The notes under the pieces were generated by a model. It searched no databases, was not told the origin of the DNA, and saw nothing but the letters and a program-made list of their open reading frames with translations. From positions 96,001 through 160,000 of the IMG/VR virus record IMGVR_UViG_3300043411_001575: a stretch of 64,000 nucleotides of DNA. One strand, 5' to 3'. Both the position numbers and the translations under genes were made by a program. Positions 1 to 8,750 of this stretch are shown in pieces (position 1 is the first letter of the stretch; the number at the start of each line of letters is the position of its first letter). Source of the DNA: a virus.

Positions 1-84
1 TATATACGCTGTTATAGCCAGTAGGGATTTTTAGCACAAACGTTTAATCGAAGCACTAAAAGAAAAATTAAAAAAAGAGAAGGG

Positions 85-840
85 ATGGAAATAAATAAAA
101 TATACACAGGAGATAATTTGGAATTGCTTAAAACATTCCCTGATAACACTATTGATTTGATTGTTACCTCACCAAATTATAATAATTGGAGAAACAGAAG
201 AACACAAGCAAGTAGGAAAGATTTTTGGGAACGAACCAATATAACTTATGATAATTGCACAGACAAAGAAGATGATGAAACATATGAAGCAAGGCAAATA
301 GAAATAATAAATGAGATGGTAAGAGTTCTAAAACCAACTGGAACAATTTGCTACAACCACAAAGATAGAATATTTGAATTTGAAGTAAAATCACCTTTGG
401 AATGGATTTTAAAGACAAATGCAAAATACAGACAGAGAATTACATGGGATAGATGTGGTATGCAAGCGTATAATCCTGTTAGATTTTATAGGGTTGATGA
501 AGATATTTATATACTTGGAAAAGAAGCAAAGGGATTTACTTGGAATAAAGAAGCTGCAAAGTATTTAAGTATTTGGCGAATTGTTCCAAACAAAAATATT
601 TACGGACATAATGCTACATTTCCAGAAGAACTTGTAAAAAGATGTGTTGAAGCATTTACCAATGAAGGAGATTTGGTTTTAGACCCATACAACGGAACTG
701 GAACAACAACCAAAGTAGCTTATGAGATGAAAAGAAATTTTATCGGAATTGATAATTCTGAAAAATATAATGAAATAGCTGAAACTCGTATTAAAGAGTG
801 CGGTGGGTCTTTTTTTAATTTTTCTAACGAAAATGATTAA
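85..840 (+). CDS. DNA methyltransferase, beta class (N4C/N6A), cassette 1
   Basis: Motif IV TSPNY precedes motif I DPYNGTGTT; HNATFP. Confidence 0.9.
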   Translation: MEINKIYTGDNLELLKTFPDNTIDLIVTSPNYNNWRNRRTQASRKDFWERTNITYDNCTDKEDDETYEARQIEIINEMVRVLKPTGTICYNHKDRIFEFEVKSPLEWILKTNAKYRQRITWDRCGMQAYNPVRFYRVDEDIYILGKEAKGFTWNKEAAKYLSIWRIVPNKNIYGHNATFPEELVKRCVEAFTNEGDLVLDPYNGTGTTTKVAYEMKRNFIGIDNSEKYNEIAETRIKECGGSFFNFSNEND

Positions 841-866
841 TCGAAGCACTTCACCCCTATTGGCTA

Positions 867-957
867 TAACGGTGGCGATTGGCGAAGTAAAAGCATTTCA
901 CTGCTGCTGATGGTTATCACTATGCTCAATGGCTTTTATTTTGCCAATTGCGTGTTA
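867..957. repeat. attC-like hairpin H1
   Basis: TAACG..GCGATTGGCGAAGTAAAAGC / GCTTTTATTTTGCCAATTGC..TGTTA. Confidence 0.85.
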
Positions 958-1024
958 GCTGCTGTTTTTTTTCTCTTTGATTGTCAGTACTTTAGAAAAT
1001 AATTTAAAAATATCTTTGAAAATG

Positions 1025-1055
1025 TTTGCAGATTCAAAATAATGTTGTATCTTTG
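1025..1055 (+). promoter_or_regulatory. Bacteroidota-type primary sigma promoter in cassette 2
   Basis: TTTG-N19-TATCTTTG. Confidence 0.7.
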
Positions 1056-1079
1056 TTCTACAATTAAAAACAAAATAAA

Positions 1080-1277
1080 ATGACAAATTTGAATGAAATA
1101 GAAGTAACAGTAAAGGGTAACGATAGTATCACAGGTAGCGAAAGTTGGGTATCTAATTTAGAAAACTTAAAAAGTTGGGAACTCACAAATGATGAGATAA
1201 ACGAAATAATAGAGGGCAAAACAGTTAAATGTATATCTCCAAATGGTAGAAGAATTATATGGATAACAAAAAAGTAA
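1080..1277 (+). CDS. hypothetical protein, cassette 2
   Basis: ORF directly after promoter, A-rich leader. Confidence 0.7.
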   Translation: MTNLNEIEVTVKGNDSITGSESWVSNLENLKSWELTNDEINEIIEGKTVKCISPNGRRIIWITKK

Positions 1278-1423
1278 AAAGAGGTGGTAAACGCAAAAAT
1301 GCTGGTGCTAAACCTAAATACTCGGAGCTAACTAAAACGGTTGCCTTTCGCTGTCCATTGTCAAAGGTTGATGAACTGAAAATAGTTGTCAAGTCTAAAC
1401 TTTCGGAGTGGTCGGTAAAATAG
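1259..1423 (+). CDS. small ribbon-helix-helix-like DNA-binding protein (54 aa, not in ORF track)
   Basis: MDNKKVKRGGKRKNAGAKPKYSELTKTVAFRCPLSKVDELKIVVKSKLSEWSVK; paralogs in cassettes 5, 8, 12. Confidence 0.75.
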   Translation: MDNKKVKRGGKRKNAGAKPKYSELTKTVAFRCPLSKVDELKIVVKSKLSEWSVK

Positions 1424-1427
1424 CAGC

Positions 1428-1517
1428 TAACGGTTTGCAGCTAACAGAAGTGGCTGCTTGTAAGAACTTCTGAATTAAAAACAAATGCTTTGCAGCCATT
1501 TTTGTTAGGTGCTGTTA
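1428..1517. repeat. attC-like hairpin H2
   Basis: CTAACAGAAGTGGCTGC / GCAGCCATTTTTGTTAG arms between TAACG and TGTTA. Confidence 0.85.
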
Positions 1518-1542
1518 TAAGCTGTAAAATAAAATTTGAGCG

Positions 1543-1716
1543 ATGGACACATACTTAAAATATTTAGATACAGATGAAATGAGGCTCATTATGGATGTGC
1601 AAAAAACACTTCCACAAAAAGGCTTTACTTACATAAGAGATGAAAAGAAAATAGGCAGAAATGAGCCTTGTAAATGCGGAAGCAATAGGAAGTACAAAAA
1701 ATGCTGTGGTGCGTAG
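1543..1716 (+). CDS. SEC-C motif (zinc-binding) protein, 57 aa, cassette 3 (not in ORF track)
   Basis: C-terminus [22 protein letters not shown] matches the SEC-C consensus GRNxPCxCGSxxKYKxCC. Confidence 0.8.
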   Translation: MDTYLKYLDTDEMRLIMDVQKTLPQKGFTYIRDEKKIGRNEPCKCGSNRKYKKCCGA

Positions 1717-1737
1717 GCAATTTTATTTTATTGCTTA

Positions 1738-1827
1738 TAACGTAGCGGGGCTTTGCGTAGTAGCCCTTAGTAGAAACTTAAAATTAACCACGACACTTGA
1801 TAGGGCTATTACGCAAAACCCTTGTTA
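1738..1827. repeat. attC-like hairpin H3
   Basis: TTTGCGTAGTAGCCCT / AGGGCTATTACGCAAA. Confidence 0.85.
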
Positions 1828-1848
1828 TGTGCCGTTTTTATTCGGATT

Positions 1849-2403
1849 ATGAAAAAGTATCAAATAATATATTCAGACCCAGCGTGGCGATTTGGTAATT
1901 CTGTTTATCAAGACAACAATAGAGATAACAGACATTTGCAAGACCAATATCAAACAATGACCATAGAACAATTAAAAGAATTACCACTTGCAAATATTTC
2001 TGCTGATGATTGTGCTTTGTTTTTATGGACAACAGACTTTCATTTACCTTTTTGTTTTGAATTATTTAAAGCGTGGGGTTTCAAATATAGAACTATTGCT
2101 TTTGTATGGAAAAAAGTAACTAAAAACGGTAAAACTTGTGCAAACTTGGGAGCGTGGACTATGAAAAATACAGAAATATGTTTATTGGCTACAAAAGGAA
2201 ATATGTTTAATAAAAGGAAAGTGAAGAATATATTTCAATTAGTTGAAGCAGAAAGAACTAAGCATAGTAAAAAACCACAAGAGGTAAGGGATAGGATAGA
2301 AAAACTATTTGGAGAATGTGAAAGACTTGAAATGTTTGCTCGTGAAAAGCACGAAGGCTGGGATGTTTGGGGAAATGAAGTTGAGAGTAGTGTCACTCTT
2401 TAA
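1849..2403 (+). CDS. MT-A70 family adenine methyltransferase, cassette 4
   Basis: YQIIYSDPAW, LFLWTT, WGFKY, HSKKP, LEMFAR, GWDVWGNE; ATG at 1849 preferred over the track start. Confidence 0.9.
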   Translation: MKKYQIIYSDPAWRFGNSVYQDNNRDNRHLQDQYQTMTIEQLKELPLANISADDCALFLWTTDFHLPFCFELFKAWGFKYRTIAFVWKKVTKNGKTCANLGAWTMKNTEICLLATKGNMFNKRKVKNIFQLVEAERTKHSKKPQEVRDRIEKLFGECERLEMFAREKHEGWDVWGNEVESSVTL

Positions 2404-2412
2404 AATGGCACA

Positions 2413-2474
2413 TAACGGTTTGCAGCTAAACGCTGATTTTGTTCTTCACAAAATTTGCGATTTAGGTGCTGTTA
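2413..2474. repeat. attC-like hairpin H4 (short)
   Basis: TAACGGTTTGCAGCTAAA..TTTAGGTGCTGTTA. Confidence 0.8.
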
Positions 2475-2551
2475 TGTATCAGTTTATTTTTTACTTTTTT
2501 GCGTTGGCTTTCAATTAGTTACACAATTTAACAAAAATAATCTTGAAATTG

Positions 2552-2582
2552 TTTGCAGATTCAAAATATAGCCGTATATTTG
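2552..2582 (+). promoter_or_regulatory. Bacteroidota-type promoter in cassette 5
   Basis: TTTG-N19-TATATTTG. Confidence 0.7.
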
Positions 2583-2602
2583 TATCAACAAAACGAAACA
2601 AC

Positions 2603-3004
2603 ATGGAAACAATTGAAAAAAAAATATTAGGATTCACAGAAGAAATAACAGTTTGTGATTGCTGTGGTAAGGCTGATTTAAAAGGAACTTACGCTATTGA
2701 TTGGGAAGGTACAATTGCATATTACGGAAGCGTTTGTGCTTTTAAAGTGCATGGTGCTACTATTGAAGAGCAAAAGGAAGTGAAGAAAGCATACACTAAA
2801 AGAATGAAAGCGACTGAAAAATTAGCACAAATGGAAGCTGAATACAATGGAACACAATATGCTTTAGTAAAAATGTTTCGTTTTGTTGAAGAGAAGAAAT
2901 TGGATGTAATGGCTTTCATTAATAAATACGGAAAAAAATGTGATGAGAACGATTATTACATTGCTTACGAAATTGGACACGTTGTAAAATGTATAGACAA
3001 ATGA
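2603..3004 (+). CDS. hypothetical Cys-motif protein, cassette 5
   Basis: CDCCGK..YYGSVCA; ATG at 2603 follows the promoter. Confidence 0.7.
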   Translation: METIEKKILGFTEEITVCDCCGKADLKGTYAIDWEGTIAYYGSVCAFKVHGATIEEQKEVKKAYTKRMKATEKLAQMEAEYNGTQYALVKMFRFVEEKKLDVMAFINKYGKKCDENDYYIAYEIGHVVKCIDK

Positions 3005-3297
3005 AAGAATGTACAATGTGCGCTTTAAAAGAGCCTGAATTTAAAAAGTGCATTTTTAGCGATTGCCCTAATGGTGTAAATTTTGTAACCTGCGATTGTG
3101 GAGAGAAAATTTACAACACGGATGGCAAAAAAGCGAAGTGCAAAAAATGCAAACCACATGGAGGTAAAAGGCTAAATGCAGGACGAAAAAGCCAATACAA
3201 AGAAGAAACGCAAACAATTTCTTTCCGTGTACCAAAATCACTAATTGAACCGATTACAAAATACGTCAAACGTGCGCTGGCAAAAAGTAAAAAATAA
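3001..3297 (+). CDS. Cys-rich protein with C-terminal RHH-like domain, cassette 5
   Basis: HGGKRLNAGRK..TISFRVPKSLIEPI. Confidence 0.7.
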   Translation: MKECTMCALKEPEFKKCIFSDCPNGVNFVTCDCGEKIYNTDGKKAKCKKCKPHGGKRLNAGRKSQYKEETQTISFRVPKSLIEPITKYVKRALAKSKK

Positions 3298-3305
3298 ATT
3301 GTACA

Positions 3306-3393
3306 TAACGTTTTGCGTATATGAGAAGTGGCACTTGCACAAACTTGAAATTTAGCACAAATGTTTCTGTGCCATTTCTTATATACGCTGTTA
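3306..3393. repeat. attC-like hairpin H5 (identical to H9)
   Basis: GCGTATATGAGAAGTGGCAC / GTGCCATTTCTTATATACGC. Confidence 0.9.
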
Positions 3394-3495
3394 TGTGTAG
3401 TTGCGGTTTAATAGCAGGGAGTTCAATTTGAAATGAGATACTTTTTCTTTTCTTTTTTGAGCGATGGCAAAAATAAATTTGAAAAATTTAAAAAT

Positions 3496-4308
3496 ATGAT
3501 TGATATAAACAAGAATTACAATGAAAGTAATTTAGAAACAATGGCAAAGATGCCTGATTGCTTTGTAGATTTAACAGTAACATCTCCACCTTATGATGGA
3601 TTGCGAACTTATAATGGATATTCATTTCCATTTGAAGATATTGCAAAGGAGTTGTTTAGAATTACAAAAGATGGTGGCGTATTAGTTTGGGTTATTTCAG
3701 ATGCTACCGTTCAAGGAAATGAAAGCGGAACATCATTTAAACAAGCCTTATATTTCAAAGAGATTGGTTTTAATTTGCACGACACAATGATTTGGATTAA
3801 AGACGGTGGTGGTGCAGTAGGAAGCAATAAGTGTTACACACAAAACTTTGAATATATGTTTGTGTTTTCAAAAGGAAAAATAAATACTACAAATCTAATT
3901 TATGATAAACCAAACGCTTCTTTTGGTAAAGATAAAAGCGGAGTAGGTAGAAGATTGGTAACTGGTGAACACAAAATAGAAAAGCGTAAACCAAGTGCCG
4001 AATTTAGTAGAAGAAACAACTATTGGTATATCGCACCACAAAAAGGCGAACACCCTGCGGTATTCCCAGAAGCACTTGCAAATGACCATATTTTAAGTTG
4101 GAGTAATGAGAATGACTTAATTTATGACCCATTTATGGGAAGTGGTACAACCGCTAAAATGAGTATTCTAAATAACAGAAATTGGATAGGCAGTGAATTA
4201 TCCTCTGAATACTGTGATATGATTGTGCAACGAATTAAAAAAGCGTTGGAAGAAAAAAGAAAAGAAAAAGATTTAATAGCAAACTCTTTATTTGGAAACG
4301 ACTTTTAG
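3496..4308 (+). CDS. DNA methyltransferase, beta class, cassette 6
   Basis: TSPPY, HPAVFP, DPFMGSGTT. Confidence 0.92.
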   Translation: MIDINKNYNESNLETMAKMPDCFVDLTVTSPPYDGLRTYNGYSFPFEDIAKELFRITKDGGVLVWVISDATVQGNESGTSFKQALYFKEIGFNLHDTMIWIKDGGGAVGSNKCYTQNFEYMFVFSKGKINTTNLIYDKPNASFGKDKSGVGRRLVTGEHKIEKRKPSAEFSRRNNYWYIAPQKGEHPAVFPEALANDHILSWSNENDLIYDPFMGSGTTAKMSILNNRNWIGSELSSEYCDMIVQRIKKALEEKRKEKDLIANSLFGNDF

Positions 4309-4318
4309 CAATTACACA

Positions 4319-4415
4319 TAACGTTTTGCGGCTTTGCGTTCGGTTTTTTGCCTTATCCGAATGTCCAAATTTAGCACAATGTTTAAAGGCAAAAACTGAC
4401 GCAAAACCGATGTTA
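4319..4415. repeat. attC-like hairpin H6
   Basis: TTTGCGTTCGGTTTTTTGCCTT / AAGGCAAAAACTGACGCAAA. Confidence 0.85.
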
Positions 4416-4489
4416 TAAGCTGGCTGCGGTTTATTAAACGAAAAGCTAAATACGAAGCACTAAAGAAAAGAATTTAAAAAAAGGAAGGG

Positions 4490-5308
4490 ATGGAAATAAA
4501 TAAAATATACAACGAAAATTGCCTTGAAACGATGGCTAAAATGCCTGACAATTTCATTGACTTAACGGTTACTTCTCCGCCTTATGACGATTTAAGAACA
4601 TACAATGGATATTGTTTTGACTTTGAAAATGTAGCAAAAGAATTGTTTAGAGTAACAAAACAAGGTGGTGTAGTTGTTTGGATTGTAAACGATAGCACAA
4701 AAAACGGTAGTGAAAGTTTAACATCATTTAAACAGGCTATTTATTTTGTTGGTTGTGGGTTTAATTTGCACGATACTATGATTTACAAAAAGAAAAATCC
4801 GATACCACTAAACCATAATAGATATGAGCAAAGTTTTGAATATATGTTTGTTTTTAGCAAGGGGAAACCGAAAACATTTAACCCTATTATGGAAGATTGT
4901 GTATTTGCTGGGAAAGACATAGTTAAGAACAGAACATTTTACCAAACAGATGAAAGTAAAACAAGTAAAGGACATAAGAATAAACCTATAAAAGAGCAAA
5001 AAATAAAACAGAACATTTTTGAATATTCACTATACGGAGGCAAAAAGGATTTTATACAAGGTGCTGTTTTTCCTGAACAACTTGCAACCGACCAAATAAT
5101 AAGTTGGAGCAATGAAAATGATTTGGTTTATGACCCTTTTATGGGAAGTGGTACAACGGCTAAAATGGCAATTTTGAATAATAGAAAATATATTGGCAGT
5201 GAAATTTCAGAAGATTACTGTAAGATTATCGAAACTCGTATTAAAGAGTGCGGTGGGCTTTTTTTTAATTCTTTTCAAACGGAATTGTCAAACGAAGCAG
5301 GAACGTAG
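4490..5308 (+). CDS. DNA methyltransferase, beta class, cassette 7
   Basis: TSPPY, DPFMGSGTT; paralog of cassette 6. Confidence 0.92.
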   Translation: MEINKIYNENCLETMAKMPDNFIDLTVTSPPYDDLRTYNGYCFDFENVAKELFRVTKQGGVVVWIVNDSTKNGSESLTSFKQAIYFVGCGFNLHDTMIYKKKNPIPLNHNRYEQSFEYMFVFSKGKPKTFNPIMEDCVFAGKDIVKNRTFYQTDESKTSKGHKNKPIKEQKIKQNIFEYSLYGGKKDFIQGAVFPEQLATDQIISWSNENDLVYDPFMGSGTTAKMAILNNRKYIGSEISEDYCKIIETRIKECGGLFFNSFQTELSNEAGT

Positions 5309-5319
5309 CAGCTTGCTTA

Positions 5320-5445
5320 TAACGGTTTCGGGCTTGGCGAAGAAGCGGACTTATACCACTAAAGTTGATACGAAGAACCAATGTTGATGCTACTACAAAT
5401 GTTCATACGAAGCACTAAACCCGCTTTTTTGCCAATACTTTGTTA
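5320..5445. repeat. attC-like hairpin H7 (near-identical to H11)
   Basis: TTGGCGAAGAAGCGG / CCGCTTTTTTGCCAA. Confidence 0.85.
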
Positions 5446-5527
5446 TGCGTTCGCCTTATTTTTTCGTGTTGATTTTCAGCAAGTTAGAAACTATTTTAAA
5501 AATAAATCAAAAATACTTTGAAAAAAG

Positions 5528-5558
5528 TTTGCAGTTATCAAAATAGGTTGTATATTTG
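5528..5558 (+). promoter_or_regulatory. Bacteroidota-type promoter in cassette 8
   Basis: TTTG-N19-TATATTTG. Confidence 0.7.
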
Positions 5559-5587
5559 TACCAGATAACAATTAAAAAATAAACAAA

Positions 5588-5737
5588 ATGACAACAGCAA
5601 CAGTAAAATCAGAAGCAAAATGGAAAACACAATTTCAAATAATGTGGAATAACACACCAAAGAAATTAAGAAGAACCATCTCACAAGTAAACAACATTAA
5701 ATCACAAGCAAAATTATACGCAGCATTATGGATGTAA
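5588..5737 (+). CDS. small hypothetical protein (49 aa), cassette 8
   Basis: ATG at the position equivalent to 8218 in sister cassette 12. Confidence 0.6.
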   Translation: MTTATVKSEAKWKTQFQIMWNNTPKKLRRTISQVNNIKSQAKLYAALWM

Positions 5738-5949
5738 CAGCAAAAATGGAGCAGGGCAATATAAAAGCCCTGTTCCCCAACTTAGGAATGGAAGTAATTA
5801 CAAATGGCTGTGTTTGCCAAATTATTCAAATCTCATCTCAACAAATCAAAGTCGAAATAACCGAAGCAATAAACCCGATGTATAAAGTTGGAAATCAAAT
5901 TTGGGTTGATAGCTTTTTAATACCATCCGATGAAAAAGAAAAAAACTAA
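5728..5949 (+). CDS. hypothetical protein, cassette 8
   Basis: ORF overlapping both neighbours. Confidence 0.6.
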   Translation: MDVTAKMEQGNIKALFPNLGMEVITNGCVCQIIQISSQQIKVEITEAINPMYKVGNQIWVDSFLIPSDEKEKN

Positions 5950-6097
5950 TAGAGGTGGAGTTCGGGATGGGGCTGGTAGAAAAAAAGCAGACTACGAAAC
6001 AAAAACTATTTCCTTTCGTGTTCGTCTTGAATTTGTAGAACCGATTAAAAAGATGGTCAAGGATTATGTTTCGGAGCGTCTTAAAGGTGACGCATAA
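5930..6097 (+). CDS. small RHH-like DNA-binding protein (55 aa), cassette 8
   Basis: RGGVRDGAGRKKADYETKTISFRVRLEFVEPIKKMV; stop codon is the TAA of TAAC. Confidence 0.75.
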   Translation: MKKKKTNRGGVRDGAGRKKADYETKTISFRVRLEFVEPIKKMVKDYVSERLKGDA

Positions 6098-6214
6098 CGT
6101 TCGAGGGCTTGGCGAAGTGGCTGAACCTGAAGCTAAATAGAATTACTAAACTTAAAAATTAAGAACGAATGATTGATAGAATTACTGAACAGCCATTTTG
6201 CCAAACCCGTGTTA
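6095..6214. repeat. attC-like hairpin H8, contains the start codon of the next gene
   Basis: TTGGCGAAGTGGCTG / CAGCCATTTTGCCAA; same family as H17, H18, H25. Confidence 0.9.
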
Positions 6215-6939
6215 GTGGCAGTACTTTTGTGAATGCTGATTGCTTTGATGTTTTTCCTTTTATCGAGGATAAATCAATTGATGCTATTATTGCCGATTTG
6301 CCTTATGGAACTACTCAAAATAAATGGGATAGTATTTTGCCACTTAATAAACTTTGGAAAGAATACAAGCGGATTTTAAAAGATAGTGGTTGTGTTGTTC
6401 TTTTTGCTCAAACTCCATTTGACAAAGTACTTGGTTGTTCAAATTTAGATTGGTTAAAATACGAATGGATTTGGGATAAAAAACTTGGAAGTGGTTCTTT
6501 GAATGTAAAAAAAATGCCTTTAAAAAGACACGAAAATATATTAGTATTTAGCAAAGGGAAAACCACATATAATCCACAAATGACAAAAGGTAAATTTAGA
6601 AATAAAAGTACAAGTAAGCCATCATCTAATAAAGGTAATTACGGAGAAATAACACACCAAAAAGATAATTTTAATGATGATTATTATCCAACCACTATTT
6701 TAGAATTTACTAATGCAAATGTAAGAGCAAGGGTTCATCCAACTGAAAAACAATTATCTCTTATGGAATACCTTGTAAAAACATACACAAACGAAGGCGA
6801 TACAGTTTTAGATAATACAATGGGTTCAGGAACAACAAACTTGGCTTGTATCAAATTAAATCGCAAATCAATTGGAATTGAAAAGGAAAAACAATATTAC
6901 GATGTCGCTGTTCGGAGGGCTTCGGAGTATTGCCACTAA
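6169..6939 (+). CDS. DNA methyltransferase, beta class, cassette 9
   Basis: DLPY, HPTEK, DNTMGSGTT. Confidence 0.9.
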   Translation: MIDRITEQPFCQTRVSGSTFVNADCFDVFPFIEDKSIDAIIADLPYGTTQNKWDSILPLNKLWKEYKRILKDSGCVVLFAQTPFDKVLGCSNLDWLKYEWIWDKKLGSGSLNVKKMPLKRHENILVFSKGKTTYNPQMTKGKFRNKSTSKPSSNKGNYGEITHQKDNFNDDYYPTTILEFTNANVRARVHPTEKQLSLMEYLVKTYTNEGDTVLDNTMGSGTTNLACIKLNRKSIGIEKEKQYYDVAVRRASEYCH

Positions 6940-7024
6940 CGTTTTGCGTATATGAGAAGTGGCACTTGCACAAACTTGAAATTTAGCACAAATGTTTCTG
7001 TGCCATTTCTTATATACGCTGTTA
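6937..7024. repeat. attC-like hairpin H9
   Basis: identical to 3306-3393. Confidence 0.9.
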
Positions 7025-7121
7025 TGCCCTCGTTGCGGTAATTTTAGAACTAACTTCAATCGAAGCACTAAGGCATTTTTATTCTTTTTGTGGGAGGGTT
7101 GAAAACTTTTTTAAAATAACA

Positions 7122-7152
7122 CTTGCTAATTAGCAAAATATAGTTACTTTTG
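7122..7152 (+). promoter_or_regulatory. Bacteroidota-type promoter in cassette 10
   Basis: CTTG-N19-TACTTTTG. Confidence 0.6.
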
Positions 7153-7188
7153 TAACGCAATAATGCAGAAAACTAAAATTTAAAAACA

Positions 7189-7419
7189 ATGTCAAAAGCA
7201 GTTTATCAATTATTATTTGCTAATCAATCTGCCGATTCAAAGGTGCGATATGAATTAGTTAGAGAAACAAAAATGTATGTTTTTTTAAGAGAAATCACAA
7301 AAGAACCTCAATACATTTTTAGAGTTCACAAAAAAACATTAAGCGTTAAGGGTATCAAGGAAGGTAAAAATGGTTATCAATTTGACGTGGCTGACGCAAG
7401 AATTTTAAAAAAAGTATAA
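7189..7419 (+). CDS. hypothetical protein, cassette 10
   Basis: ORF after promoter. Confidence 0.7.
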   Translation: MSKAVYQLLFANQSADSKVRYELVRETKMYVFLREITKEPQYIFRVHKKTLSVKGIKEGKNGYQFDVADARILKKV

Positions 7420-7421
7420 CT

Positions 7422-7607
7422 ATGCGACTATCTGTAACAGAATACGCAAAACAGCTTGGTGTAACTCGTCAAGCTGTTTTGTTACAGATTAAAGAAAAAA
7501 GGTTGCCTAATAATGTTAAGTCTGAAAAAATTGGCAACACTTACTCTTTAACTGTGGGTGGGCAAAAAAAGAATAAAAATGCTTCCAATAAACTACAATC
7601 GAAGTAG
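7422..7607 (+). CDS. small HTH DNA-binding protein, cassette 10
   Basis: LSVTEYAKQLGVTRQAVLLQIK helix-turn-helix pattern. Confidence 0.75.
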   Translation: MRLSVTEYAKQLGVTRQAVLLQIKEKRLPNNVKSEKIGNTYSLTVGGQKKNKNASNKLQSK

Positions 7608-7625
7608 TATCGTAGCAATGGGGCA

Positions 7626-7715
7626 TAACGGTTGAGTGTATGAGTAGTGTGGCTTTGTACATACTCTCGACTTACAGATAAATTTATTTAGCCACATTAC
7701 TTATACACTTTGTTA
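7626..7715. repeat. attC-like hairpin H10
   Basis: AGTGTATGAGTAGTGTGGCT / AGCCACATTACTTATACACT. Confidence 0.88.
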
Positions 7716-7738
7716 TAGGTATGTAAAATTTACGGATT

Positions 7739-7933
7739 ATGAAACAGAAATATGTAAGATGCTTAGATAAGTTTGAAGTAGAATTAAAAGAAGGTGATAT
7801 TGTTGATGTTCAAATGGATGGTGAACATGAAATATATAAGAAAGAAGGTGGACAACTCTACTTCAAACCTTATGGAAAAGAAGATATGGTAAGTGCTTAC
7901 TTCTCAAATGATATGATTAAGGTAGAACGGTAG
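7739..7933 (+). CDS. small hypothetical protein with YopX-like motif, cassette 11
   Basis: LDKFEVELKEGDIV resembles the YopX D-K-x-G-x-E-I-Y-E-G-D-I motif. Confidence 0.6.
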   Translation: MKQKYVRCLDKFEVELKEGDIVDVQMDGEHEIYKKEGGQLYFKPYGKEDMVSAYFSNDMIKVER

Positions 7934-7949
7934 TAAATTTTATTACCTA

Positions 7950-8074
7950 TAACGGACGAGTATTGGCGAAGAAGCGGACTTTTACCACTAAAGTTGATAC
8001 GAAGAACTAATGTTGATGTTACTACAAACGTTCATACGAAGCACTAAAACCGCTTTTTTGCCAATACTTTGTTA
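7950..8074. repeat. attC-like hairpin H11
   Basis: AGTATTGGCGAAGAAGCGG / CCGCTTTTTTGCCAATACT. Confidence 0.88.
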
Positions 8075-8156
8075 TGCGTTCGCCTTATTTTTTCGTGTTG
8101 ATTTTCAGTAAGTTAGAAAATATTTTGAAAATAAATCCAAAATACTTTGAAAAAAG

Positions 8157-8187
8157 TTTGCAGTTATCAAAATAGGTTGTATATTTG
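8157..8187 (+). promoter_or_regulatory. Bacteroidota-type promoter in cassette 12
   Basis: TTTG-N19-TATATTTG, same as cassette 8. Confidence 0.7.
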
Positions 8188-8217
8188 TACTCAGATAACA
8201 ATTAAAAAATAAACAAA

Positions 8218-8463
8218 ATGAGAACATTGATTTTAGAAGCAAACGTAATTGAAACTAAAAACAGTTACACAATAGACACTACTATTGAAAAAGAATGGGG
8301 AATGAAAAAACCTATAATGAAAAAAATTCTTTACGGGATAGAAATTCAAAAGCCAACTGCATATAGAATTTATAATCATGGAAACGGTTCTTCAAGAACT
8401 TGGGTGTTTGGTGATTTGGAAATAAACCCAGATAGTAGAAGTGTTAAAAAATTGGCAAAGTGA
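8218..8463 (+). CDS. hypothetical protein, cassette 12
   Basis: ORF after promoter. Confidence 0.7.
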   Translation: MRTLILEANVIETKNSYTIDTTIEKEWGMKKPIMKKILYGIEIQKPTAYRIYNHGNGSSRTWVFGDLEINPDSRSVKKLAK

Positions 8464-8627
8464 AAAAGAAAAAAGAAACGAGAGGGGGCAAACGCTCCTT
8501 CTCTGGTCGCAGAAAAGCATCATACGAAACTAAAACTATTTCCTTTAGAGTTCGTATTGAATTTGTCGAACCGATTAAAAAGATGGTTAAGGATTATGTT
8601 TCGGAGCGTCTTAAAGGTGACGCATAA
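8460..8627 (+). CDS. small RHH-like DNA-binding protein (55 aa, GTG start), cassette 12
   Basis: C-terminal half nearly identical to 5930-6097; GTGA overlap with the upstream stop. Confidence 0.7.
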   Translation: MKKKKETRGGKRSFSGRRKASYETKTISFRVRIEFVEPIKKMVKDYVSERLKGDA

Positions 8628-8713
8628 CGTTTTGCGTGTATGAGCAGTGGCACTTATACAACGCTTGAATTTGACCACAAAACTTCCTGTGCCATTGCTT
8701 ATACACGCTGTTA
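8625..8713. repeat. attC-like hairpin H12
   Basis: GCGTGTATGAGCAGTGGCAC / GTGCCATTGCTTATACACGC. Confidence 0.9.
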
Positions 8714-8750
8714 GCAGTAGTACGGATTATTAACGAATAAATTAAATAGA

